Shown here piece by piece: positions 46,112 through 56,177 of a stretch of DNA of 64,000 nt. Made by a program: the position numbers and the translations under genes. This DNA is from Candidatus Latescibacterota bacterium (GTDB lineage Bacteria > Latescibacterota > UBA2968). Each line of letters opens with the position of its first letter. The stretch's first letter is position 1. The notes beneath the pieces were generated by a model that saw only the letters and a program-made list of their open reading frames with translations, was not told the origin of the DNA and did not search any database. The stretch is from contig OZ242320.1 of the NCBI GenBank assembly GCA_965208125.1, positions 1,024,001-1,088,000 on the forward strand, read 5' to 3'.

Positions 46112-48616
46112 TCACCGATTATCCCACTCAATTGTAAAACCCGTACTTTCTTCAAACGCTATCGCGCGTGTATCGGCATCCTCTGGCACCATCGCCACCG
46201 GCATCACCACACGACTTTCATTCAGATAAATTTTTGCCGCACCGCGCACCACACACCCTTCTGGCGTAATTGCCCGCGCTTCTCGGGCAATCTCATCTTG
46301 ATTGGCAGACGGACGCACCCGAATCTCCCACCCAATCCTCTCGCCCACCGCGTTCAGCAACCCGCGATAGCGATTGCCCACCTGAGATGAAATAAAAGCC
46401 GCCTCAATATACGAACCGCCCTTCAGACCCATTTTTGATGGCGCGTGGGATTGATCCCCAAATGCCTTTCGGATCTCGCTATATGCTTTATTGATCTCCC
46501 ATGCATCCTCTCCCTTCTTCGGTATTGCGACTTCTGTCTTTACCCCCCCTGGCCAATCCAGTATCAAATCAAAACCCGTCTTTGCTTTAAAACCCGCTGC
46601 CGCTTCACCGCTCACCCGCTCCCAATCATCCGCCCCCTCCACATCAACCGCCAACACCACCGCCTTTTGATCCAGATGCAGCGCAGGCGCCTTCAAAACC
46701 CTTGCACCTGCGGGTACGGCCTCGCGCGCCTCTTCAAAAAGCCGACCCTGATGCGGCGTCTCCCGCAACCTGAGCGACCAGCCCGTCTCATCCTCCAATC
46801 GGAGAAGCGTCTCGCCATACTGCTCTTGAACCACATCGGGAAAATAAAAAGCCAATTCATACACGCCGTCATCTACATACGCGCTACACTTAAACAACCC
46901 CGCCTCGGGCGGCAAAACCGACATAATATGCGTGCGGGCCTCATTCATCTCCATCGGCCCGGCGGCTTCTGACACCTCTTTGGAATGGAACAAAAACGCC
47001 CGCCGATAATCCGGCTCAAAAAACGCCCGCGAAGCCGTCAACAACAACCGAAAAGCCTCCACCTCTGACGGCGTCGTCATCTCCGTACCGAACCACATCT
47101 CCGCCAATTCCTGTGCGCGAAACGGCCCCTTCGCGCCAGTTTCCCGTACATAATTGTGTACCTCGAAAAGCGTATCATCGCTCAGCGGTCTTCCCCCTGC
47201 AATACCTGCCCGTGAAACGCGCCGACCATAGCCGCGTTGTCGCATCGCCCCCATTGCCTCCACGGAATACGCACCGCCATTTTCCGGCAACTGCACACCC
47301 TCTGGCAAATAAACATCCACCATCGAAGACAATGCGCCGCGCGCCTCTGCATCGCCGTGTACCAAAAAACAGGTACGCGGTTTCAACCTCTGAACCAACC
47401 CCGTCAACTCGCCCCCATCTGCATGCGCCGAAAGCGAATAAGGCTCCACCTGGCACGATACGCGCACGCGCTGCCCATTCAGCATCAACACCCGCTCCTC
47501 GGGATCCCTCGCCTGCATCAGATTCAACAGCGCACGCCCGGGAGACTCTTCATCCTGATACCCCGTTATAGCAATCAAATTCGCTGCATCGCCAGCCAAA
47601 CGCTCGGCATAAAAACTCGACGCGCCTCCGATCAACATCCCCGAAGACGCCACAATACAACACGGCGGCCCTGACAAAACACGGCGGCGATCAGCCGGTG
47701 ACGACACCGCCCCCACAGTATCCGAATAAAAAATATCCTCATCGCGCTCCACCCTGCGCCGCACCGCTGGCGCGAGATCATCGCCAAACGTCGAATACAC
47801 CGCATTCACCGCCCGCACCATTCCATCGACAAACACGGGAAACTCGGGAATCTGCTTGCGCCGCATCGCCTGCGCCAAAATCAGAATAACCTCCTGAGAA
47901 CGCCCCACGGCAAAAGCGGGAATCAAAACCTTGCCGCCCGCTTCAATCACCTCGGCCACGCGCAATGCAAGCGCGGCCTCTTGCTGGGCGCGATCTGCAT
48001 GCTGGCGATTGCCATACGTCGATTCCATCACCATTACATCGGGTCGGCACTGCGGCACAACCATCCCCGGAATAGTCAGTTGATTGGCAACCGACACATC
48101 GCCCGTCATCAAAACACTTTCTCGCACACCCTCAATAAAGATCAACGCCGCACCCAGAATATGCCCGGCGGGAATCCATGTCGCGGTCAAAGCGCCATCG
48201 CAAAGCGGCACCGTTGCAAGCCACGGCACACCCACCATACGCCCCAATGCCGCGTCTGCCGCCTCGGGCGAATAAAGAGGCAACTCGCCATCCCGGTCTT
48301 GCGCCATCAGTTTCACTGCATCTGACAACAACACCCGTGTAATCGCCTGCGTTGCAGGCGTACAAAACACCTTCACACCCGCTGGCAAACTATTCACCAA
48401 CACCGGCAACGCACCCGTATGATCGGTATGCGCGTGTGTAATCAGCACCTCATCGGGTAGCCCCACATCGTCCAGCACCGAAAAATTGGGCAACTGCGAT
48501 CCCTGTGCAGCACCCATTCGAATACCCGCATCCACCAGAATGCGTCGCCCTTCAATCTCAATTAATGTGCAGGAAGCACCGACCTCGTCGGCACCGCCCA
48601 AAAAGTGGAGTTTCAT
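46112..48616 (-). CDS. MBL-fold beta-CASP ribonuclease (CPSF73-like) with long C-terminal extension
   Basis: LGGADEVGASC, THAHTDH, AGHILG, ESTYG, PAFAVGRSQE, SSGML, GYQDEESPGR, SAHAD, VHGD. Confidence 0.9.
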   Translation of the reverse strand: MKLHFLGGADEVGASCTLIEIEGRRILVDAGIRMGAAQGSQLPNFSVLDDVGLPDEVLITHAHTDHTGALPVLVNSLPAGVKVFCTPATQAITRVLLSDAVKLMAQDRDGELPLYSPEAADAALGRMVGVPWLATVPLCDGALTATWIPAGHILGAALIFIEGVRESVLMTGDVSVANQLTIPGMVVPQCRPDVMVMESTYGNRQHADRAQQEAALALRVAEVIEAGGKVLIPAFAVGRSQEVILILAQAMRRKQIPEFPVFVDGMVRAVNAVYSTFGDDLAPAVRRRVERDEDIFYSDTVGAVSSPADRRRVLSGPPCCIVASSGMLIGGASSFYAERLAGDAANLIAITGYQDEESPGRALLNLMQARDPEERVLMLNGQRVRVSCQVEPYSLSAHADGGELTGLVQRLKPRTCFLVHGDAEARGALSSMVDVYLPEGVQLPENGGAYSVEAMGAMRQRGYGRRVSRAGIAGGRPLSDDTLFEVHNYVRETGAKGPFRAQELAEMWFGTEMTTPSEVEAFRLLLTASRAFFEPDYRRAFLFHSKEVSEAAGPMEMNEARTHIMSVLPPEAGLFKCSAYVDDGVYELAFYFPDVVQEQYGETLLRLEDETGWSLRLRETPHQGRLFEEAREAVPAGARVLKAPALHLDQKAVVLAVDVEGADDWERVSGEAAAGFKAKTGFDLILDWPGGVKTEVAIPKKGEDAWEINKAYSEIRKAFGDQSHAPSKMGLKGGSYIEAAFISSQVGNRYRGLLNAVGERIGWEIRVRPSANQDEIAREARAITPEGCVVRGAAKIYLNESRVVMPVAMVPEDADTRAIAFEESTGFTIEWDNR

Positions 48617-48645
48617 GAAATAGCTTTCAGCGATCAGCAGTCAGC

Positions 48646-48720
48646 GGGCGACCACAGGGGGTCGCCCCTACAAAAATGAACTAATAATATCATCGTAGGG
48701 GACGGCCCCTGTGCCGTCCC
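48646..48720. repeat. Inverted GTAG-REP doublet
   Basis: gggcgacc-acagg-gggtcgcccCTAC ... GTAGgggacggc-ccctgt-gccgtccc. Confidence 0.7.
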
Positions 48721-48811
48721 ATTTTAAGTTGTCCCAAAAACCAAAATACGCTATTTTCTCCCCGAGACTGTCCGTACCCAACACACTGCGCGAAATCGGC
48801 ATCCTTTAAAT

Positions 48812-49819
48812 ATGATCCCACGCACCTATCTTTTAATCCTCTTAGCTATCCTGCTCTTCGGCTGCACTGAACGCCAGGTCCGCATCCACTTTGAACAGGC
48901 AGAAAAATATCGCCACGAAGGCAAAATCGACCTCGCAATCGAAGAATACAAAGCCATCATTGCCCTGAGTCCCGATGCGTTTGACGCCCTCAACAACCTG
49001 GGCTATCTCTATGTTGGAAAAGGTCAATATGCCAACGCCATTGCACAATATCAAAAAGCCATCGCCGTCAAACCCGACTTTGCCGAAGCCCACTTCAACC
49101 TGGGCGTCGCCTATGTCGCACATAGCCAACTCGACAGCGCCATAGCCGCGTACCAACGCGCCCTCCAATACGATCCCAAAAACCACGAAATCCACAACAA
49201 CCTGGGCGCCGCCCACACCATGGCAGGCAATCGCACAGAAGCCGAAGTCAGCTACCAACGGGCACTCAAACTCAAACCCGACTACGCCGACGTGTACCAC
49301 AACCTCGGACTACTCTACACTTATGAAAGCCGATATCGAGACGCCATCCCGCAATACGAAAAAGCCATCCGCTACAAACCCAACTTTGCCGACGCGTACA
49401 ATAACATGGGCAGTGCGCACCTCGAATTGGGCCAATACGACGATGCCATTCAGCACTTTCAAACCGCCGTCCGCCTCCAGCCCGATCACGCCCTTGCCCA
49501 GGAAAACCTTCGAGAAACCAAAACGCGCATGGAAGCGCGCGAAGCCGGAGAAATGCGCGCCCAACACATCCTCGTCAAAACCGAAGCCGACGCCCAAAAA
49601 TTGCTCGAACAACTCAACTCAGGTGCCAAATTTGAAGCGCTCGCACAACTCTATTCCACCGACACGGCATCCGGGAGACAGGGCGGCGACCTCGGTGCAT
49701 TCCGCCCCGGCACACTCTTGCCCAAATTTGAACAGGCCGTAAAGAAAATTGAACCTGGAAAAATCGGCGGACCCGTCAAAACCCCGGCCGGTTATCACAT
49801 CATCAAACGCATCTATTAA
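48812..49819 (+). CDS. TPR lipoprotein with C-terminal parvulin PPIase domain
   Basis: Lipobox LFGC, about 6 TPRs, AQHILV, GGDLG, GPVKTPAGYHII. Confidence 0.9.
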   Translation: MIPRTYLLILLAILLFGCTERQVRIHFEQAEKYRHEGKIDLAIEEYKAIIALSPDAFDALNNLGYLYVGKGQYANAIAQYQKAIAVKPDFAEAHFNLGVAYVAHSQLDSAIAAYQRALQYDPKNHEIHNNLGAAHTMAGNRTEAEVSYQRALKLKPDYADVYHNLGLLYTYESRYRDAIPQYEKAIRYKPNFADAYNNMGSAHLELGQYDDAIQHFQTAVRLQPDHALAQENLRETKTRMEAREAGEMRAQHILVKTEADAQKLLEQLNSGAKFEALAQLYSTDTASGRQGGDLGAFRPGTLLPKFEQAVKKIEPGKIGGPVKTPAGYHIIKRIY

Positions 49820-49823
49820 CCCC

Positions 49824-52694
49824 TCAGTCACCCAGCACAAACTGCGCCTGCTTGCTCACGCTGGGCGTATCCGATTTGTTCAAATCCGTCACCACCACCT
49901 CAATCTCCAATAGCTCTTTGCTATTCTCGGGCACATCCAGCGCAATATAAAGCGGCTCCGATGTCGCAGTACCCGTATGCTCATAAGAAATCTGCACCCC
50001 ATCAGCCTGTGGCGTTTGGCCCAACAACCGTCCCAATCCCCGAATCAGCCCCGTACCCTGTACCCCCTTAAGCCTGTACTCCACGCGGTAACTCGTTTGC
50101 CCAAACGCATCCCTGCTCAAATTATAAACCTCGTAATAGAGATAAACCGGTTGCGCCTTCGCAAAAGTCTTAGACGGCAGGGGTACCACCCGCAAATCCC
50201 CCTTTTGGAACTTCCCTGCCTGCTCTCCCACCTCGACAATCTGCCCCGCCAGTTCCAGATCACTCAGCGCCAGAGCCTCACCGCGGAAAGATTGAACTGT
50301 GACATACGTCTTATGCGCCTGAATTTTTCGACTTATGGGATCGCGCACTTGAGCGGCCAGGAAATACTGCCCAGGAGACAGTGCAGCGCGCACCTGATCC
50401 ACCATCAGCGTCCCCTTCCCCGCCTCCCTACTTATAGCTTCAGCCACCCGCACGCTATCCCGAAAAACCGGCCTCAGCGAACGATCGTAAACCACCACGT
50501 CTCGATCCAGCATCACCTGTGAATTTCCCGACGGCGTCAAAGCGGCCATTGGCACACCCATATACGTCTCCATAGCTGTCTCGCGCTCAGATTCGCGGAA
50601 ATTTGCCGTGTACATATAAAGGTCCAGAGGATCGCCTCCGTAATCGTGTACATAAACCGAAGGCGTATGGGACACAACCCGCGCCACAACCGTCTCGGGC
50701 GCCATTCGCGACCACAGCGCGTGATTGGGAGAATTGGGCGGAATAGGCGCAAAATCGAAAAACCCGCTACCCGTCGGATCCAGAAACGTAATCTCGATCC
50801 CCCCGCCGATCTCGGCATAAATCCACGACTCCCACTTGTACCCCAGTTCAGACCCATCGAGCATCACACTGCGCCTGCGCGGCACCGGAAAAGTCGGCAT
50901 CCCCCGCAACTCAGCCGTCTCAGCTTCCACCCCATATCCATACGACGAACTCGACTGCCCGTGTACATGCTTGCTCGGCGCAACTTCCTCCAGGGCATTT
51001 GCAGCCATCATATTCAGGCGATTCTTCACCTTTGCGACTTTTTCATTCGTCTCAAACACCAGATAATCCGACCAACTCTGATGATCTGGATGCCCCAGCC
51101 GAATGTACACATCGCCCCGACGGTCCCATCCCCGGCCGTGCCACTCTTCCAGGCCCTCGATAAAATTCGAGCGCGCAAAATGCACCCGACGGTAATGCTC
51201 AACGCGGCGCTCATTCACCTGTGTCGTCGGCGTGGGATCCTGCTCCAGCCAGAAAACTTCTCGAAGCTGTGTTAGCGACCGCCCAAAAGCCGTCTGCATT
51301 TTGGAAAGCACCTCGGCAGGAGCCACCAGCGACAAATCCTGATAGTATTCCCGCTCTGTCGGATCCAAAAACTGAAAATAACGCTCAAAAGCCGCCTGTG
51401 CCTGGGCAAAATCCTCCCGCTCAATATACATCTCGGCCAAAAGCGGCAAATACTCTTTCGGCTTTGTCTGTGCCATCTCTTTCAACTCATCCAGACTATA
51501 GGTCTCCTCCCCCACACTCTTCAACCGCATCGCCACATACGCCAGACGCGCAGGCGTAACAGGATGACCGGGATTCACCGCCATCTGCCGCGAATACGCT
51601 TTCATCGCCTTGTCGTAATAGCGCAGCGACTCGTAAAAAACACCCAGCTTGAAATACGCGTCATAGTGGTCCGGAAAAAGCTCTACCACATTCCCAAAAT
51701 AATAATCCAGATCCACCCGATCCATCCCCAGCATCGCCAGATGGCACATCCCCAGATTGTAGTGCGCCGCCGTATATGCTTTGTCCATCGCGCAGGTCTC
51801 GCGGAACAACCTCAGTGCCCGCGACTTCTGGCCCGGCATCTTCAGCGCCGCCAGCGCCCGGCCGTTGCGCGCCTCCACAAATCTTCTCTTTTTTTGAATC
51901 GCCTTTAAGAACAGTTTTTCAGCCTCTTTTACATCGTCTTGTTCCAGGCGAAGATAGCCCAGCGCACACATCACCACCGCATCATTGGGGTGCAAAATCA
52001 GCATCCGGTCGCAAATACGGGCAGCCTCCTTCACCAGCTTCTCATCCGGAGCCTGCGCCCGCGTAATATACTTCTTCGGAATCAGGTCTCCCCGCTCGAA
52101 ATACGCATCTGACACCGTCACATAGCGACGTCCAAAGTGGTAATCGTAATAATACTTCAGCACCAGCGGATTGCGCGCCTGCCAGAACCGCGCCAAAAAC
52201 AGTCCCTTGTTCTTCCGATCCAATGCCTTGTAAAAAGCCGCCGTATCCGCGTCGGCCACCTCCGCCAAAACCAAACCCGCCACCTGCTCTTCAAACTCGC
52301 CAAAACTCGCCTGCAATTCTACCTCGGCAACCTGTTCCTCGGTCTCCCCTGCATTGTCCTCTCGCTCTAAAATTTTGATGTGTACCCGCTCTACCCGAAG
52401 CTCGCCGATCAAAGTCTTAAGCACCACATCTGACTCTGATTCCGACACAATCTCACCCTTCAAAACCGTGCCATCCACGAGCAACACAGTAACATTGCGC
52501 GAAGGCTGCTCTATCATTTTAATCAGCGACTTTTTTACCCGCAGTTCGCCCATCGCCGTCTTGAGCACCACCTCCGTCTCAGACTCAGACACAATCTCGC
52601 CCTTCAAAACCGTACCATCCTGGAGCAACACCGTTGCGCCATAAGCGGGCGTAACCGCCAGAAAGAGGCAAAGCGCGATTAGAAAAGTCTTCAT
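49824..52694 (-). CDS. GWxTD-domain protein with TPRs and duplicated N-terminal small beta domain
   Basis: Signal peptide; FW..QDPTPTTQVNERRVEHYRRV..A...GWDRRGDVYIRLGHPD; two LxDGTVLKGEIVSESE repeats. Confidence 0.85.
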   Translation of the reverse strand: MKTFLIALCLFLAVTPAYGATVLLQDGTVLKGEIVSESETEVVLKTAMGELRVKKSLIKMIEQPSRNVTVLLVDGTVLKGEIVSESESDVVLKTLIGELRVERVHIKILEREDNAGETEEQVAEVELQASFGEFEEQVAGLVLAEVADADTAAFYKALDRKNKGLFLARFWQARNPLVLKYYYDYHFGRRYVTVSDAYFERGDLIPKKYITRAQAPDEKLVKEAARICDRMLILHPNDAVVMCALGYLRLEQDDVKEAEKLFLKAIQKKRRFVEARNGRALAALKMPGQKSRALRLFRETCAMDKAYTAAHYNLGMCHLAMLGMDRVDLDYYFGNVVELFPDHYDAYFKLGVFYESLRYYDKAMKAYSRQMAVNPGHPVTPARLAYVAMRLKSVGEETYSLDELKEMAQTKPKEYLPLLAEMYIEREDFAQAQAAFERYFQFLDPTEREYYQDLSLVAPAEVLSKMQTAFGRSLTQLREVFWLEQDPTPTTQVNERRVEHYRRVHFARSNFIEGLEEWHGRGWDRRGDVYIRLGHPDHQSWSDYLVFETNEKVAKVKNRLNMMAANALEEVAPSKHVHGQSSSSYGYGVEAETAELRGMPTFPVPRRRSVMLDGSELGYKWESWIYAEIGGGIEITFLDPTGSGFFDFAPIPPNSPNHALWSRMAPETVVARVVSHTPSVYVHDYGGDPLDLYMYTANFRESERETAMETYMGVPMAALTPSGNSQVMLDRDVVVYDRSLRPVFRDSVRVAEAISREAGKGTLMVDQVRAALSPGQYFLAAQVRDPISRKIQAHKTYVTVQSFRGEALALSDLELAGQIVEVGEQAGKFQKGDLRVVPLPSKTFAKAQPVYLYYEVYNLSRDAFGQTSYRVEYRLKGVQGTGLIRGLGRLLGQTPQADGVQISYEHTGTATSEPLYIALDVPENSKELLEIEVVVTDLNKSDTPSVSKQAQFVLGD

Positions 52695-52739
52695 ATTACA
52701 TCCCTATCCTGAAGAACCCCGGAAAAAGCAAGGGCAGAT

Positions 52740-52768
52740 ACAATACCCCTTCCCCGCATACCTGTCAA
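52740..52768 (-). promoter_or_regulatory. Putative sigma70 promoter for the GWxTD gene
   Basis: TTGACA-N17-TATTGT on the minus strand. Confidence 0.55.
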
Positions 52769-52774
52769 GCCATG

Positions 52775-52814
52775 AAAAAACGGCGGAAGGATATCAGATC
52801 CTTCCACCGTTTTT
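52775..52814 (-). terminator. Intrinsic terminator after the PorV-like gene
   Basis: aaaaaacggcggaaggat-atcag-atccttccaccgttttt. Confidence 0.8.
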
Positions 52815-52838
52815 ATTGCGTCTTCTTCAAGTCAGAGG

Positions 52839-53921
52839 CTAAAAATCAACAGCCCCTGAAATCACATGCACAGAAGAAAAGAAATCGCTGTCAAATGCCT
52901 TAAAGGCATAATCGAGCTTAACACCCCTGCCAGTTTCCGTCAAATACTTCAGACCACCGCCAAAGGCATAGCTCTCTGTATCGTGATTGGTCTTATACCC
53001 CGCACGACCAGAAAAGCCAACTGGACTACCGGCAGCCTGGAATGTGTATTCGATTCCCACCAGAACCTGCTCGTCAAAATCCACGGGATTCGTCACATCA
53101 AAAGCCAGATTCAGATGATGGGGAACCGGAATGCTACCCGACAATGACAATACATCCACCAGCAGTCCCAGACGAATATTGCGCGGCAATTCAAATGCCT
53201 CGCGCTGATAGGTCTGTTCAAAGCTGTAGTTTTGCACCGTCATCGCCAGAATCGTATTGCGGAAACCCGTATTAAAATACGTACCCAGATCCACGGCAAA
53301 GGCTGTCTTTGAGTTATCGACAGTCGTGCGGTTGCCACCGATCAACACACTCCCAGTACCCAAATTCTGACTGGCAATTTTCACATTGGCACCCACCGAA
53401 AAGCGATCGGTGATCTTCATACCATAAGCCGCAGAAAGCGCGTAATTCGACGTCGTAAACGTTCCCGTCTCTGTAAAACCCGCACCTGCAGGATTTGGAT
53501 CAATAGCTGTGCCATTGAAATCACCGGCATCATAAGTCACAAACCCCACACCAAAGGTCCCGCGGCCTGGGATATTGAGAGCCGCACCAGCGACCTGGCT
53601 TTTGGTATCAGCAATCCATGAAACATAAGTGAAAAATGCTTCACGGCCATCGAAAAATGCCAGCGTTGCGGGATTGGTAAACACACCGGCTGATGAGCCG
53701 ATCATGCCTGTACCTGAACCTGCAAGGGCTGCAGAACGCGCATTGGTCGGCAGCTTCAAAAATGTAAAGCCAGCCTGAGCAACTTTGATAAATATGGGAT
53801 TGTTTTCTTCGTGATTCTCTGGCAAAATTTTATCTGGCACACGCAGCTGCGCTTGTGTTGTTGTAGCCAGAAGCCCGAAAGACAACGCGAGCATCATGAG
53901 GGCCAGTTTTGTGTATTTCAC
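52839..53921 (-). CDS. PorV/PorQ family outer-membrane beta-barrel
   Basis: AGFTFLKLPTNARSAALAG, FTNPATL, FSVGANVK, AVDLG, LPRNIRLG, C-terminal F. Confidence 0.85.
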   Translation of the reverse strand: MKYTKLALMMLALSFGLLATTTQAQLRVPDKILPENHEENNPIFIKVAQAGFTFLKLPTNARSAALAGSGTGMIGSSAGVFTNPATLAFFDGREAFFTYVSWIADTKSQVAGAALNIPGRGTFGVGFVTYDAGDFNGTAIDPNPAGAGFTETGTFTTSNYALSAAYGMKITDRFSVGANVKIASQNLGTGSVLIGGNRTTVDNSKTAFAVDLGTYFNTGFRNTILAMTVQNYSFEQTYQREAFELPRNIRLGLLVDVLSLSGSIPVPHHLNLAFDVTNPVDFDEQVLVGIEYTFQAAGSPVGFSGRAGYKTNHDTESYAFGGGLKYLTETGRGVKLDYAFKAFDSDFFSSVHVISGAVDF

Positions 53922-53979
53922 AACTTATCTCCTTGATCAAAAGCAAGTCAACTATAACTGCTGACTGCTAAAAGCTCTC

Positions 53980-56100
53980 TTACCTGACCACGACAAAGCG
54001 TTCGATGTGCTTGGCACCAGTTGCCGTATCTTCGATGTGAGCAAAGTAAATCCCGCTCACCAGGAACTGGTTATTATCCGAAGTCATCAGATCCCACGAC
54101 TCATCGCCAGAGCCAGAAGTGTGGTCAATGCGCGTCACGAGATCACCGGTAATGGTGAAAATGTGGATAACCGCCTGCCCCGGCAGATTCACAAACTGCA
54201 ACTTATTGGGCTGGCCCTGATAGTTAAAACCCCCATCATCGAGTTGTCCACCCTGCACTTGATAGGGATTGGGCACAATGCGAACCTGCGTAATATCACT
54301 GGCAGGACCGCGGAAGGGACTCACACCATCTGCTTCGGTGCGCGTGGCAAACCGGCTGCTCTCCAGACCATTGGCATCAACGGCCGTCACGGAATAATAA
54401 TACCTCGTACCGCGAAGAGCCGTCTCATCGTTAAACGTAGTACCTGTTGGCGATCCGATCAGTTCGGGCACTTCTGTGTGACGACCCGCGTAGCGATACA
54501 CATTATAATGGGCCGCGCCAGAAACAGCATCCCAACTCAACTCGTTGAGATCGGGACCAGAGGTTGCTGTAACCTGTGCAGGCCAATTGGGTGCAGCGGG
54601 CAATCGGGGCATCGTACCCGTGCGATTTGCCCATGCCTCGCGTGCAACAGCCACAGTCGCCTTCAGCGAATCCAGACCACTGTCGAGAAAAGCTTCTTTT
54701 TCCATAAAACCAATCGTGCCATCTGCCCAGGCCTTGCCCACGCGCTTGTTTTCCGCTTCAGATGGACCGGCGACAATCACTGCCGACACAATGTGAATGC
54801 TCTGACCCTGCTTTAAGTCCCAGGGACCAAAGGTCGTGACCCACTGATAGATCTGCTCTGTGGTAACATACCCCGGTCGGTCGGGATCGGAAATCGCAAT
54901 GCGGTCGTCGCGGCGGACCGCGTTCGGCTGCACATAAAAATCATACACGGTCTTGCGGTCTGCTGTGCGCGTACTCGTCCACACTTCACCCGGCACCCAG
55001 CGCACATGGCGCGGCTGTGCATTTTCGGGATCGGAATTGTCGGCCAGCCAGTTCTCGCTCAACACATTGGGATCATTGGTAGGCGTCTTATCCACATGCA
55101 AAAACACGCGGCCTTTGTAGTGCGATTCCATAAACTCGCCCGAACTGATATTGGCATCGCGCACCCCATCGAGCAAGTCGCCAGTACCGGGAGCGGGTTC
55201 GCCGCGGTCATCGCCATCGGGGCGATACCCCAGCTTATCGCTGTCATCGCCATCGTGGATATAGAGCAACTTTTCATCATCATCCCAGTAATTCACCTCA
55301 TCCCATATACCGCCAGCGAGCAAGCCAGCATCGTAAGCGCGGCCCCCATCTTCGGGATTAATCGTGATATGCGCGCCACCTGCAGGACCTGAACCACCGC
55401 GCTGCAAATAGTAGTTCAACCCAACGTGGAAATTGTCATAAGACGGATTCTTCTGCGCCGTTTCCGGACTTGCAGCAATGCCGCGTTCGCCCGCGCGCAG
55501 ATCAACCACATGCGGATTTTCCGGATATGTAATCGTGGTGACTTCAAAGATCATATCATCGGCATTCTGGTTGGCCCAGGAATACGTCTCACGCACAATG
55601 CGCAAGCCCTCGGAGTTTACAATTGTGCTACTGATCATAAAATCAGCACCTAAATCCGACCGCACGGCATCGTCGTCTTCGGGGAACAAACGCCAATTCG
55701 TACGCAATATCTCTTTGCCATCCTGAGTCAACGTTGGCGGATTGATGCGGAAAAACTTCGGATTGGGCCTGTTCAGTCGCGTCTGTGTGCCCCCTAACCT
55801 CGAAGACGAAAAATCGGCGAGGTCATCGAGCAGGTCATTGCACCAGGGGCTTTGAGTGGTATTCACCAGATGTTGCCCGCCCTCGTAATAGCTGGGCACA
55901 TTAAACGTCGAATACAGCCCCACGACCGCAAAACCCGAATTCCCAATGCGATACCCGATATCCGGATCGGTATCACCTGTTTCGAGACCGCCGGGCCAAA
56001 CCAGACGGCCCGAACTCCACAGGGTTCCAATCTCGTGACTCTGTGCATAAGCACTACCAGCCATCAGTATCGCTATCAGCACAAATACAAAACGTTTCAT
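53980..56100 (-). CDS. Secreted protein with Fn3 domain and T9SS CTD/FlgD-like C-terminal domain
   Basis: Signal peptide; YYYSVTAVDANGLES; VRIVPNPY...FVNLP...IHIFTITGDLV...WD...SGIYFAHI...FVVVR. Confidence 0.8.
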   Translation of the reverse strand: MKRFVFVLIAILMAGSAYAQSHEIGTLWSSGRLVWPGGLETGDTDPDIGYRIGNSGFAVVGLYSTFNVPSYYEGGQHLVNTTQSPWCNDLLDDLADFSSSRLGGTQTRLNRPNPKFFRINPPTLTQDGKEILRTNWRLFPEDDDAVRSDLGADFMISSTIVNSEGLRIVRETYSWANQNADDMIFEVTTITYPENPHVVDLRAGERGIAASPETAQKNPSYDNFHVGLNYYLQRGGSGPAGGAHITINPEDGGRAYDAGLLAGGIWDEVNYWDDDEKLLYIHDGDDSDKLGYRPDGDDRGEPAPGTGDLLDGVRDANISSGEFMESHYKGRVFLHVDKTPTNDPNVLSENWLADNSDPENAQPRHVRWVPGEVWTSTRTADRKTVYDFYVQPNAVRRDDRIAISDPDRPGYVTTEQIYQWVTTFGPWDLKQGQSIHIVSAVIVAGPSEAENKRVGKAWADGTIGFMEKEAFLDSGLDSLKATVAVAREAWANRTGTMPRLPAAPNWPAQVTATSGPDLNELSWDAVSGAAHYNVYRYAGRHTEVPELIGSPTGTTFNDETALRGTRYYYSVTAVDANGLESSRFATRTEADGVSPFRGPASDITQVRIVPNPYQVQGGQLDDGGFNYQGQPNKLQFVNLPGQAVIHIFTITGDLVTRIDHTSGSGDESWDLMTSDNNQFLVSGIYFAHIEDTATGAKHIERFVVVR

Positions 56101-56177
56101 AAGTTTATACTCCTGTAAAAACGATTCAAAATTTCCCGCCCTCCCCACTTACAGGAAAGGGCGAGAATGGACACACA

